A stretch of DNA of 64,000 nucleotides from Octopus vulgaris (taxonomy: Eukaryota), in contig OX597815.1 in assembly GCA_951406725.2 (NCBI GenBank), forward strand, positions 74,896,001-74,960,000, in the 5' to 3' direction. The first letter of the stretch is position 1, and every line of letters begins with the position of its first letter. Shown here in pieces: positions 51,770-64,000 of the stretch. The position numbers were made by a program, and so were the translations under genes. The notes below the pieces were generated by a model, which was not told where the DNA came from, ran no database searches, and was given only the letters and a program-made list of their open reading frames with translations.

Positions 51770-52185
51770 TTTTACTTGTTTCAGTCTTTGGACTGCAGCC
51801 ATGCTGGGGCACTTTCTTGAAAGGTTTTGTTGACCCCAGTACTTATTTCTTGAAGTTTGGTGCTTATTTTATCAGTCTCTCTTCTGCCGGATCACTAAGT
51901 TGTGAGGACATAAACAAACCAACATGAGTTTACAAGCAGTGGGGTGGGGTGGGGGAGGACAAACACCGAGACACATACACACAAACATATATACATGTGT
52001 ATGTATATACACACACATGTGCATGTATGACATACAATGGGCTTCCACACTGTTTCTATCTATCAAATTCACTGACAAGGCTTTTGATCAACCCAGGGAT
52101 ATAGTAGAAGGCACTTGCCCCAGGTGCCAAGCAGTGGGACTGAACCCAAAACAATGAGATTGCAAAGTGTACTTCTTAATCACAT
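51770..52185 (-). mobile_element. SINE family A
   Basis: Near full-length similarity. Confidence 0.82.
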
Positions 52186-52579
52186 GTGTCTATGTTTTAG
52201 TTTGTATATATTTAATTTGTATGCTAGCTTTCTTTTGTTACTTCACTTATTCCTATTTCCTTTGTATGATCATTCTGTGGTACTTCTTCCAGCTTTATTC
52301 CAACCCTGAACCTTGAGGGAATATAGACTTTTCTTTTTTTATTATTCGGGGGGTGGGAGGGTTAATTGTTGCAATCCCAATTTTATTTGTCAATTTGATC
52401 TTGTGAATCCCTATCACTGTTAGCATCATCATTGTCCTCAGCACCAACCAATGTCATCATCACAGTTGACAATATCAATGTCACTATTACTGCCATAAGT
52501 CATCACTATATTGACACAACTATGCAACAATCATGAGTACTTTCATTTGACATTAATTACCTAATCGCATAAACACATA

Positions 52580-52810
52580 AGGCAGCGAGCTGGCAGAACC
52601 ATTAACATGCCGGGCAAAAAAAATAGCGGTATGCATTTTGTGTTCTGAGTTCAAATTCCACCAAAGTTGTCTTTGCCTTTCATCCTTTCAAGGTCAATAA
52701 AATCAAGTACCGGTTGAACACTAGGGTCAATGTAATCAATTTACCCCTTCCCTGGCTAGGGTCGATGTAATTGACTTACCCACTCCATGTGTCAAAATTT
52801 GAAACCAACT
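52580..52810 (+). mobile_element. SINE family B
   Basis: AAGGCAGCGAGCTGGCAGAA head and internal duplication of CTAGGGTC.ATGTAAT. Another copy at 53527-53742. Confidence 0.8.
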
Positions 52811-53974
52811 TTACATTATCACATGACCATTTCTATGCAATTTAATATCATGAAATAACTGATAATAAGAGAATAAAGTGCTGATTTAGATAAACACTCT
52901 GACGGCTGATGTGAGATTTTTTATTGATGTATGGAAATGAAGATTAGTGATATCTTAATCCAGTTTATTAATCTCAATATTATGTTTTTATCTATAAATT
53001 AGGGTATCTCAATAACTGATTAAAAATTAATATTAGGCATGATTAAGGTTGTGAACTGTAGAATCATTATTGGGACACTGCAAAATACTGGGGTTCAATA
53101 TAACTAACTTAACTACCCCCTTTAAATTGCTGGCCTTGTGCCAAAAATTTAAAACCAATATTAGATGTGATTATTACAAATTTTAGTTTACTGCATTGGC
53201 AGTTAACTAAAATCTGTAATAATCTACAAGAATATTGAACTGAATACCTAACAGTATTTCTTTTGGCTTTTTGCATTCTAAGTTCAAATCCTGCCATAGC
53301 CTACTGGGTGGTAGAATTACTCTATCATCTGGTTTAACACCTTGCCTTACCTGGAACATTAAGTACCACTAAGAGAGTGCACGCTTTAAGGCCAGTTCTG
53401 TAGTTTAAGAATACCTTCCTCCCTTCCTTCTAACAGTCCCAGAGGCCTTGTAAAGAGTCTTAGGTATTACCCCCTCTTAATTAAAAGATGAAAATAAAAT
53501 AACTAGCAATATTTAGATATATATTGAAGGCAGCAAGCTGACAATCATTAGCACACAGGACAAAATGCTTAGTGACATTTCATCTGCCTCCATGTTTTGG
53601 GTTCAAATACTGCGAGGGTCAACTTTTGCTCTTCATCCTTTCAGGGTCAATAAAATAAGTACTAGTTGAGCACTGGGGCTGATGTAATTGACTGAGCCCC
53701 ACCCCTGAAATTGCTGGCTTTGTGCCAAAATTTAAAACCGATATTTAAATATATCTCTCCTTTCTGAATTCAAGTCTCCCATGATAAAATCAAATACTAT
53801 CATAGTAATATATTGAATACTATTCTTTATGAGAATTGATCTTATGTCTAGACCAAAGAAACCAATATCAGAAAATAGAGAGAACTTGCTTGAAGTGTTA
53901 AGGCAATGTAGAGCAATTTCATTATCCATTTCAAATCCCCACCCCAACAAAAAAGGGATGCATGAATTTTTGCC

Positions 53975-54355
53975 TGGTTAAGTAGTTTCCGTCCAAATCA
54001 CATAGTTTTGAGTTCAGTCCCACTGTGTTGCACTTTGGACAATTCTCAGTGTCTTCTACTATAGCTCCAAATGAACTAAAGCTCTGTGAATGAATTAAGT
54101 AACCAGAAATTCAAAGAGGCCTATTGTGTGTGTGTTTGTGTGCACATACATATCTTGTGTTTATGTTTGTCCCCCACTACTTGATAGCTGGAGTGGGTTT
54201 GTTTATATCCCTGTAATCGAGCAGTTTGGTGAAAGAGAATGATAGAGTAAGTGCCAGGCTTGAAATAAATACTGATATCAGTTTGTTCGACTAACCCTTA
54301 AAGGCAGTGCTCCAGTATGACTACAGTCCAATAACAAAAGACAAGAATGAGTTAA
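53975..54355 (+). mobile_element. SINE family A, degenerate
   Basis: Tail-to-tail with the minus-strand copy starting near 54450. Confidence 0.75.
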
Positions 54356-54684
54356 AGAGTAACTTTTCGTGATTTGTTCTGGTGGCTTTAAACCAGTGAC
54401 TTTCCTATGAGAATGCATGATATGTAATCCGTCTTTATCTTTTATCACTTATCTTTTGCTTGTTTCAGTTATTAGGCAGTGACCATTTGGGGAAACCACC
54501 ATGAAGCATTCTAGTCAAGTGAATAGACCCCAGTGCTTCTTTATTTTTTAAAGCTTGGTACTTATTGTATCAGTCTCTTTTGCCAAACTGCTAAGTTACA
54601 GGAATATAAACACACCAACACTTGGTGTCAAGTGGTGGTGGAACAAACATGGACACAAAATCATATATACATATTGTATGTATG

Positions 54685-54763
<79 letters not shown>

Positions 54764-54766
54764 ATA

Positions 54767-57175
54767 TGGATCTCTGCTTCACGAACAATATGGACATCAT
54801 TCATGATGTGAAAGTGACACCGACATCAGTTTCGGATCACAACATAATAGAGCTGTCTATGTTTGGGCCAAAAGTAACCAGAGACATACAGCCTAAAGGA
54901 AGCACCCGAAATCTCTCCAATCTGAACTTCCACAAAGCAGATTGGAAATCAATCCAAAAAGAGATCCTCAGAGAGGACTGGCCGGAATGTCTCTCCACAC
55001 CGGACATTGACATGAAACTAGAATGTTTCATGTCTTCTGTGCAAGCCGTATGCCAGAAATATGTCCCAGAGCACAAGGCCAAAACAAGTAGGAGCAAGAT
55101 TCCAAGAGACAGGAAGATCCTCATGAGATGACAGACGAAGGTTGCAAATTGTCTCAACCAACATCCCAAAAGTAGTGAAACGTCCTGCCTAAAAACAACA
55201 CTGATGGAGATCGAAAAAAGGCTGCAACAATCCTATGTGAAGGAGAAAGCAGACAAAGAAGCCTGGGTTATAAAAATTATTAAATCAAACCCAAAGGCCT
55301 TCTTTCATTACGCGAAAGAATCAGTCTCAATGCAATACAAGATAGGACCCCTCCTCCAAAAGGATGGCTCCCTCACAGACAGTTCAACTAAGATCAGTGA
55401 GATGCTGAATGACCAGTTCAAAAGTGTCTTTACCATCCCGTTGGAACACAGACAAGTGAACGAACCAGTGGACTTCTTTGCTGCCTCACCTATAACCAGT
55501 GAGGCGGTTATAATAGAATGTATTGACATTAGCTTAAAAGATGTCCTACTAGCCATAGATGAAGTGGACACAAACTCAGCTGCTGGTCCAGATGGTTTCC
55601 CAGCCATCCTCCTCAAAGTGTGTAAGCTTTCTTGCGAATGGCAAACTGCCAAGCAAGTTGAAGGAGGGAATAATATGCCCAATACATAAAGGGGGAAGTA
55701 GAGCAGATGCCAAAAACTATAGGCCTATCTCTCTGACTTCACACATCAGCAAAGTCATGGAACGGATAGTCAGAAAGAAACTAATCGCATTCCTTGAGGA
55801 AAATAACTTGCTGAGTGATACCCAGCATGGTTTTCGACCAGGTAGGAGCTGCCTGACCCAGCTCTTACAACATTATGACTGGGTGTTGAAGCAGTTACTC
55901 AACAAATCAAATGTGGACGTAATCTACCTTGATTTTGCAAAAGCTTTTGACAAGGTGGATCATGGTATGATATGCCACAAACTGCGTGACCTCGGCATAG
56001 CTGGAAAACTTGGAGTGTGGTTACATGACTTCCTGAAAGATAGGAGTCAGGCAGTAGTGGTTAATGGAGCCACCTCTATGAATACACAAATAGTGAGTGG
56101 TGTTCCACAGGGCACTGTCTTGGGACCACTGCTTTTAATAGTGGCCCTCTCAGATATGCCCTCAAATGCCTGGATAGCCACTCTGGCCAGCTATGCAAAC
56201 GATACGAAAGTCTCGCAGAAAATACAGAACCCCAGCGATGTTGCACGCCTGCAGCAGGAGTTGGGCTCAATCTACAGATGGGCTGAGGATAATAATATGC
56301 AGTTTAATGCTGAAAAATTCCAGGCCCTGCGCTACCAGCATCCAAAACTGAATATTAAACTTACAGGATACACCGGTCCATAGGGAATTTCAATCCCAGA
56401 GCCTAAGTCTGTGAGGGACCTGGGTATCGACATGAGTGATGATACCTCTTTCCAAGTGCACATTACCAGGATGGCAACAAAGTGCAGACAACTGGCTGGG
56501 TGGATCCTAAGAACATTCAGAACCAGAGATAAGGAAACCATGATGGTCCTCTGGCGGACATTCGTCCTCAGCCACCTGGATTACTGCTCACAGCTATGGT
56601 CACCCACCAGTGTAAAATTAACAGCGGACCTTGAAGCAATCCAGAGAAGATTCACAAAGAAGATCGTTTCTTTGCAACAGCTCAGCTACTGGGAAAGGTT
56701 GAAACAGCTAAGACTCTACTCCCTGGAAAGGAGACGGGAGAGGTATGCAGTAATATATGTCTGGAAGATCCTGGAAGGAATTGTGCCAAATTTTGGCATT
56801 GTAAGCTACACCAATGCTAGAACGGGACGACACTGCATAGTGCCAAAGATCCCAGCAATGCCATCATGCTTCAGGACCAGCTTCTGCAACAGCCTGGGTT
56901 TCAAGGGCCCACAGCTTTTTAATATTCTCCCAAAGAGTCAGAGGAACTTGCACAAAGTAGATATAGCGGTTTTTAAATCAAAGCTGGACATCTTCCTGTC
57001 GAGAGTCCCAGATGAACCTACCTCATGGCAAGAGGTGCAAATGAGAGTAGCTATATCAAACTCCATTCTTCACCCAGTGCCACATATTAGACGAGGCTCT
57101 TCATAATAACAGTGTAGCACAAAAGGCTGTGCATCAGCATGGCCGCAGCTCTGAGCTGAAACCAGAGAAAAAAAA
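54767..57175 (+). mobile_element. CR1-group LINE, truncated within the endonuclease, nested in a SINE A
   Basis: DLCFTN..SDHNII, NFHKADW, NPKAFF, GPDG, NYRPISLTS, QHGFRPGRSC, YLDFAKAFDKV, SGVPQGTVLGP, YANDT, RDLGI, LDYCSQLWSP, SLERRR. Contains stops and a frameshift; A-rich tail. SINE A halves at 54450-54660 and 57315-57470. Confidence 0.93.
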
Positions 57176-57899
57176 TATATGCATATATATATATATATAT
57201 ATAAATATGTATGTATGTATGTATATATACATATATATATATATGTATGTATATGTATATATATATATATATACATACATATATATATACATACATACAC
57301 ACACACACACACATGATGGGTTTCTTTCAGTTTCTCTACCAAATCCACTCACAAAGCTCTGGTCAGCCTGAAGCTATAATAGAAGACACTTGCCCAAGGA
57401 GTCATGCAATGGGACTGAACCCAGAACCATGTGGTTGGGAAGCAAATTTCATACCACACAGCTACACCTAAGATACATTTTTATAAAATTATTATTGAAC
57501 CCTAGGACTCCTAAGGCCAGTTACCCAGTTTCCATGGCATATAAGTGATTGAGATCACAACATTCTCCCTGAATGGGATGCTAATCCATTCCAGGGTCCA
57601 AAACCAGCTATTTTGAAGTGAAGGAACAAGTCAGTTACATTGAACTCAGTACTTCACTTGTATGATATTTCATTAACCCCTAAGGAATAGAAAGCAAAGT
57701 TGACATCATCAGGGTTTGAACTCAGAACACAAAATGCCAGAAGAAATGTTGCAAAACATTTTGCTTGCTGTAGTAATGATTCTGCCAGCTCAGTGCCTTA
57801 AAATATAAAAATGGTTGCAAAATTGGTTTATTGGTAACTCATCTATGTTTTGGATCAGTCACCAGATAAACAGCAAAAAACTTTTGTACTTTAAAAGTA

Positions 57900-58778
57900 C
57901 AAGGTCTGATCAATAAATATCCAGACTGTTGCCATAGTAATGAAGCTAAAGCAATTAGAGTAAAGCCGCTTGGCAAAGATTTACTTTAAACTCTGCTGTG
58001 CATGTGTACTAAGTGTTAGCATTCTAGCTCACTTCCACTGTTTACAGCAGTGCTTGGAAGGAAGGTGTGTAGTGTGTGATCATTGCATTGACCATGACAG
58101 AGAAAGTTGTCCTGGCGATACCTGCTCAGAGGTCTATGCAAAGTTGCAGAAAGTGTATGGAGAGGAGTGTATGAGCTGTGTACAAGTGGTTCAGACGTTT
58201 CCAAGATGGCTGAAAAATGTCAATAGTGACGAAAGTTCTGGGAGACCCACAACCTGCAGAACTGAGTAAGACATCACAGATGTGTGTACAGCTGTGAAGG
58301 GAAATCACCATCTGCAAGTTATCAGAGGATGTGCAGATTAGTTATGGTTCAGTTTAGTCCATTATCACAGAAGATGTGGGTAGGAGATGTTTGTCTGCCA
58401 AGTTTGTGCTAAAACTGCTTTCAGCTGACCAAAAAGACACTCAGGTTTCAGTTGCACAAGATATCCTTGATTGTGTCAAGAACGATGGAAACTTTTTGAA
58501 AACTTTGCATAGACTTCTGAGCAGGTATCACCAAGCTTTTGGCAAAATTTGATGCAGATTTTCTGCTCAACTTTCTCTGTCAGAGTCAATGCAACGATCA
58601 CATGCTACACACCTTCCTTCCAAACACTGCTGTAAACAAAAGAAGTGAGCTAGAATGTCAAAACTTAGTGTACATGCACAGCAGAGTTTAAGGTCAATCT
58701 GTACCTTACAGCGTCACTCTGGATACTTTAGCTTCATTACCAATGGCAACAGTTCGGATACTTATTGATCAAACCATG
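57900..58778. mobile_element. Non-autonomous mariner derivative with very long inverted repeats
   Basis: TA-flanked. 57900-58146 is mirrored by 58501-58778, including the transposase start. Internal remnants SDESSGRP and SAKFVLKLL. Confidence 0.88.
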
Positions 58779-59863
58779 TATATATTAAAATAAAGCAAAA
58801 GTGAGGAATCTCCTTCACTGCAAATGTTATTTATTTTTTAAAGAATTATATATATAAATAACAACTGAATTGGAAAATATATTTATACATGTAATGCACG
58901 TGAGTATTTTATATAACAAGCACATTATTTTAAATACAACCATATATACAAATGTCTGTGCATGTGTACAAGTTTGTAAACATTGTGTATATACACACAC
59001 ACACGTGTGTGTGTTTGAAAATCAGTGCATATTAATATGTACATATGTGTACACACACACACACACACATATAAACATGCTTTTATATACATTTGTACTT
59101 TTGAGAAAATAACTTGGCTTCTTCCCCACAGAATAATTTGGCAATCTCATTTCCATGTGATATATTCAATTTCTTAATCACATGTTTTACAATGTGCTTT
59201 GAACAAAAGTTTTAGTGAGAATTTTTAAATGTACTGTTTTGTTTTTCTTCTTTTCATTAGACATCTTTAGCACTACAAACAATGGGGGTTTGGTCCAATA
59301 AACTATCCCTTTTGTTCTGTGGAATTCTTTTAAACATTTTTACTTAAGACTATCTTCCTTGTTTCAATTTTTCTTATCCTTATATTCATATACACAAACA
59401 TTCACATGTCTGTGAGTGTGTGTGTTATATGTAGTCAACCTTTTGGTAAGAAATCTATTTTGTTCCAGGACACTGTTATCACAAAAATTAATTATTACCA
59501 TAACTAAAATAAATGTATTTAAGGAGAGTTTGTTCCAAACATCAACCAAGTCTGAAAAGTTACTCTCCAAGCAATATCATCATCATTTTAGGCCCACTTT
59601 CTATGCTTACATAGGTTGGAGAAGTACAGAATGAATCAGTTTTTATTCAGAGTTGCTGCTGTCTGGTTTCAATAGCTAGATGTCCTTCCTGTCATCAACC
59701 ACTTTATAGAGTGAACTGGGTACATTTTATCAGGACACCAGCACTATAGAATTTGTTATGTCCTTGACAAGACAACACGGAGGGTTCTTTCCTCTTAACG
59801 TAGCATTGTCTCCACTTTTTTGCAACCACTTTACAGAGTAATAAGTAATATTTCCATGCCAAG

Positions 59864-60066
59864 AAGGCAGAAATGTTAGCATGCTGGGCGAAATGCTTAG
59901 CAGTATTTTGTCTGTCTTTACATTCTGAGTTCAAATTCCGCCAAAGTCGACTTTGCCTTTCATCCTTTCGGGGTTGATAAATTAAGTACCGGTTGTGTAC
60001 TGGGGTTGATCTAATTGACTGGCCCCCTCCACCAAAATTTCAGACCTTGTGCCTAGAGTAGAAAAG
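59864..60066 (+). mobile_element. SINE family B, young copy with a 17-bp TSD
   Basis: AATATTTCCATGCCAAG at 59847-59863 and 60067-60083. Confidence 0.9.
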
Positions 60067-60364
60067 AATATTTCCATGCCAAGGCTACCTGAAAGAAAAT
60101 CATAAATCTTTCAAAATCTTTAAAAATTAATAAACAAATTATTAATAATTCTTTCTAATTTTGGCACATTGTCAGAAATTACATCAATCCCAATTCTTGA
60201 CTGGTACTTATTTCATTGATTCTGAAAAGCAAAGCAGACCTCAGCAGGATTTGTGCTCAGAGCATAAAGAACCAGGAGAAATTCTGCTAAGCATTTTGTC
60301 TGACATGCTAACAATTCTGCCAGCTCACTGCCTTGCAAATTATTTATAATAAAAATATATTCAT

Positions 60365-60780
60365 AGGCACAGGCATGGCTGTGTGGTAAGTAGTTTGCTT
60401 CCAAACCACATGGTTCCAGGTTCAGTTCCACTGTGTGGCACCTTGGGCAAGTATCCTCTGTCATAGCCCCAGGCTGACCGAAGCCTTGTGAATGGATTTG
60501 GTAGATGGAAACTGAAAGAAACTCATCATATATATGTATATGTGTGTGTGTGTTTGCATCTGTGTTTGTACCTCACCATTGCTTGACAATCAGTGTTGGT
60601 GTGTTTATGTTCCCATAACTTAGCGGTTTGGCAAAAGAGACCAATAGAATATGTACAAGGTTTAAAAAAAAAAAAAAGAACTGGGGTTGATTTGTTCAAC
60701 TAAAATTCTTCAAGTTCAATTGGTGCCCCAGCATACCTGCAGTCTAATGACTGAGACAAATGAAAGGTAAAATAGTAAAA
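60365..60780 (+). mobile_element. SINE family A, full length
   Basis: GGCACAGGCATGGCTGTGTGGTAAG head through CAGTCTAATGACTG tail. Confidence 0.88.
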
Positions 60781-61840
60781 AGTAATATGATAGAATATCT
60801 GATAACAGTACAAGATGATAAATAACAAGAATATAAATAAAGGGAAGATAGAAACAATATAAAAGATCTACAGATCATTTCAAAGGTCTCTCTCTCTTGC
60901 ACAAATACACGAAAGTTAACAGATATTAAAGTAGGCATTTATAAAATAGTTCTGTATGATTACATGATAAACAATATACGAAAAAGAAAAAGGAAGTCAA
61001 CGATTGAATTTTTAAAAATATAATTAATTATTTAATTAAACTCATGATCAGTGTCAACATCTTTGAAAAATTGTTTTGGCACGTTTGATTTGATACATAT
61101 CATTAAAGTGAAATAATTCAACATGATATAAAGCCATCATGTCTCTGCATTCATACACTTGCACACATAATTAAATTTTAAAAAGCATATTAAAAATTTG
61201 AAGTATGTGAAACTATAAAATGGAAAAAAGGACAGTTGAGTGATGGAAGAGAAAGAAATTATTGAGAAGGGATGAAGTAATATTTTATAGTACTCTCTGT
61301 CAAGACTGTTAAACATGTCACCTGCTTCTCTGTTGAGCTCCTTGTTAGCCATAAGTCCTTTTATTTTCTGTTGTGTCTGGAGAGAGTCATTTTCTTTTTG
61401 TGCCTTATAATTTAACACACTCACCAGTAAAATTTCCACTTATTTCTTATTTTTATTTTCCTAAAATTTTCGTTGCGTCTTGCAACCTATTCAATAGTCT
61501 TGACTCTGTCAGTTATTTTAATAACTTCTTTCCTTGAGTTGCTATTCTCAAGAACTCACTGCCAATGTCTTGTTTTCCTCTGGTCTATGATATTCAGTCC
61601 TTTATGCATTCTGAAAATCAACACCTTTTGAATTTGTAGGCCCTTCTTTTCTTTCTTTGTAGCCCTTTACATTACAGTGAACTCAAACCTTGGTTGGCAC
61701 AAAATTGCTACAAAAAAATAAAATCTCACGAGAGATTTATTTTCTTCTGGGTGAGAATCATCACCAGAATTTCTTTAAGGTTCTTGTGCATCTTCCACAC
61801 AAAAATACTAGTTCCTCCATTAACCTTCCTGCGATTTCAC

Positions 61841-61889
<49 letters not shown>

Positions 61890-62002
61890 GCATGTATGTA
61901 TATATATATATATATGTATGTATATATATATATATGTATGTATATATATATATGTGTGCATATATATGTGTATATATATATGTATATTTATTTATATGTA
62001 TG

Positions 62003-62049
<47 letters not shown>

Positions 62050-63099
62050 GTCTTTATGTGTGTGTGTATATATATATCATTGAAAAAGATGATGGAAGGT
62101 TGTGCCTCTTACTGTGCACTTATGAACCTCACAAACTATAGACTATAGTCGACTGACTGACTTTTTTTTAGTTCAGCCATTTGTTCACATTGATTTGTGG
62201 CTGTAAACTTTCATAGAATTAGGATGTGTTACATGACGAGAAATTTTTTTATTGATCTATGAAATGTTATGAAGTAAATATTTAATATTTTAATTAAAAT
62301 GCAAGCTGTTTTCTATAATTATTATTTAACTAAAAGTGCAACAGAGGCAAAATGGTTGACCTTGTAGTGGATTGTTTGCTCACATACTCTTAGTTCAAAT
62401 GGGTGCTGACATGGCTATGTGGTTAAAATGTTTGCTTCCCAACTACCTGGTTTCTCTTAGGATTCCAGACTACTCTATGACACCTTGGAAAATGTATCTT
62501 CTACCATTGACCAGGGGTTGGCCATAGTTTTGCATGTCAAATTTGTTTGATAAAAACTATATAGAAACCTGTTGATGAAATTATTTCTGTTTTGGGGGTG
62601 GCAAACTAAAACTGACCATCTTTAACACCATCACCTCATTGATGGGTGTCATTAACAGACTGATCTGTTATTAACATTTGAATTAGCTTTCATCATAACC
62701 AGCATTGTAGCAAACTGTTTAATTGTAGATTCCATCCATTTCTTTTCTCCTGGAGTAACAGCGTCCTGTCAGATTGCATTATTGTAGCATGTCCCTATTA
62801 ATTCTACTTGCAGAATTTTGCTTTGTCCTCTGCACTCTTTCTTCATATTGTGTGAGGGAACTGTAATGCAGGGGAATAAGAAACAACTTGCCTGCCTCCT
62901 CATTGTTTTGCCATCCAGCTGTACTCAATCCAAAACTTGTGCCCAGCCTGCGCATCCCTGTTAGTGCCCATCCCTATCAGCTCACTTGCCTTACATCCAT
63001 TTGTCATGAGCACCCAAGGCAAAAGAGAGCTGACCCCTGGTCTTCCTTCCCTCACTTCTCTCACCCTTCCTGTTCTGGTCAAGCTGCTTGACTGTTGTC

Positions 63100-64000
63100 A
63101 TCATAGCCCTTTCCTTCCAGCTCATCTCAACCCCATGCTTCTATACAAAATTAACCAGCTTGCCATCAATGTCCACTTCAGTACAAATGTTAGCACCCTT
63201 TATTCCTTCCTTCTGCACTCAAGCATCTCAACATGCAACTGAGACACCTCACACAAAATGTGTGCTGACCACTCCATGAACAGTAACTTTAAAAACATCT
63301 TCCACTGGGGTCATACCAATCTTGTTTCTTTCAATAGCATAAAAACACAATTACTACATACCTCAAGAAAACATTATCCCACATCCACCCTTTTAAACTT
63401 CAAGTCTCACCATCTGAAAATATCACCCCACTCTCAACATCTGAGTGGCATTCACCAAACAACACAACTCTTGCAAGGCCACTGTTTGTACTGTAAAAAA
63501 GCCTTCATGTACTGCATGGCACTCAGGCTTTCTCACCTTTCAAACTCCTCCAAATCTATCACCGTCCATCTCATCAAGCTCCATACCATACACGTTCCTA
63601 CATCAATTATGAATATCTTGGTTGCTTCAAACCAATGAAACAACTGGTTCTAAGAATGTCTCTTCCATTACACTCAGATATTGCCTCTATATTCTTCAAA
63701 CTTTTCAGTCTGTTACTATGAAGATGTGCTGGCCTTTGGAAACACATTTTAATGTGTCTAGTTCTCATGAAAAATAAACCTTCTCAGCCAAATATTGTCC
63801 TATGGTAGTCACTTCTAAAATCTCCAAGATAATGGAGACAATCCTTTACAATGATGTTGTCCTCTCTCTCTCTCTCTCCTTATTGACCATCTGTATGGAT
63901 TCCATAGAGCCAGGTCCATTGGGACCTATTATCTCATGTTGCTTACCAGTAAGCTTTAACTTTAGAGAAGTTCATTAAAAGCTTTGCCGTCACCCCGCAG
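63100..64000 (+). pseudogene. Highly decayed CR1/Jockey-like RT remnants
   Basis: NIFHWGHTNLVSFNSIKTQLL at about 63295-63360. TSKISKIMETIL and DHLYGFHRARS at about 63810-63920. Confidence 0.5.

Overview
AT-rich, microsatellite-dense animal DNA. The SINE and LINE families look like those of an octopus or other cephalopod; this is inference from repeat recognition, not from a search. One host protein-coding gene is supported: a two-exon, minus-strand Bcl-2-family gene most like Mcl-1 (CDS 47765-47217 joined to 40755-40648, 218 aa, phase-0 intron at GGW|D). The rest is mostly layered mobile DNA: a near-complete Tx1/L1 LINE, 5'-truncated RTE and CR1 LINEs, restriction-like-endonuclease (RLE) LINE remnants, Penelope-like remnants, a hAT Charlie/Buster transposon, two mariner elements, TTAA MITEs and many copies of three SINE families. 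Five observations stand out. (1) Hammerhead-ribozyme-like motifs with palindromic stem III are scattered next to (TA)n tracts, including a 300-nt tandem unit resembling a retrozyme. (2) An 855-bp inversion is bounded by perfect 37-bp inverted repeats, and reverting it rejoins a LINE reading frame. (3) A 3' hairpin shared by the main SINE and the CR1 LINE shows compensatory changes. (4) There are several long perfect palindromes, with arms up to 126 bp. (5) Two unrelated LINEs sit in the internal microsatellite of the same SINE family. All alignments and folds were done by eye.
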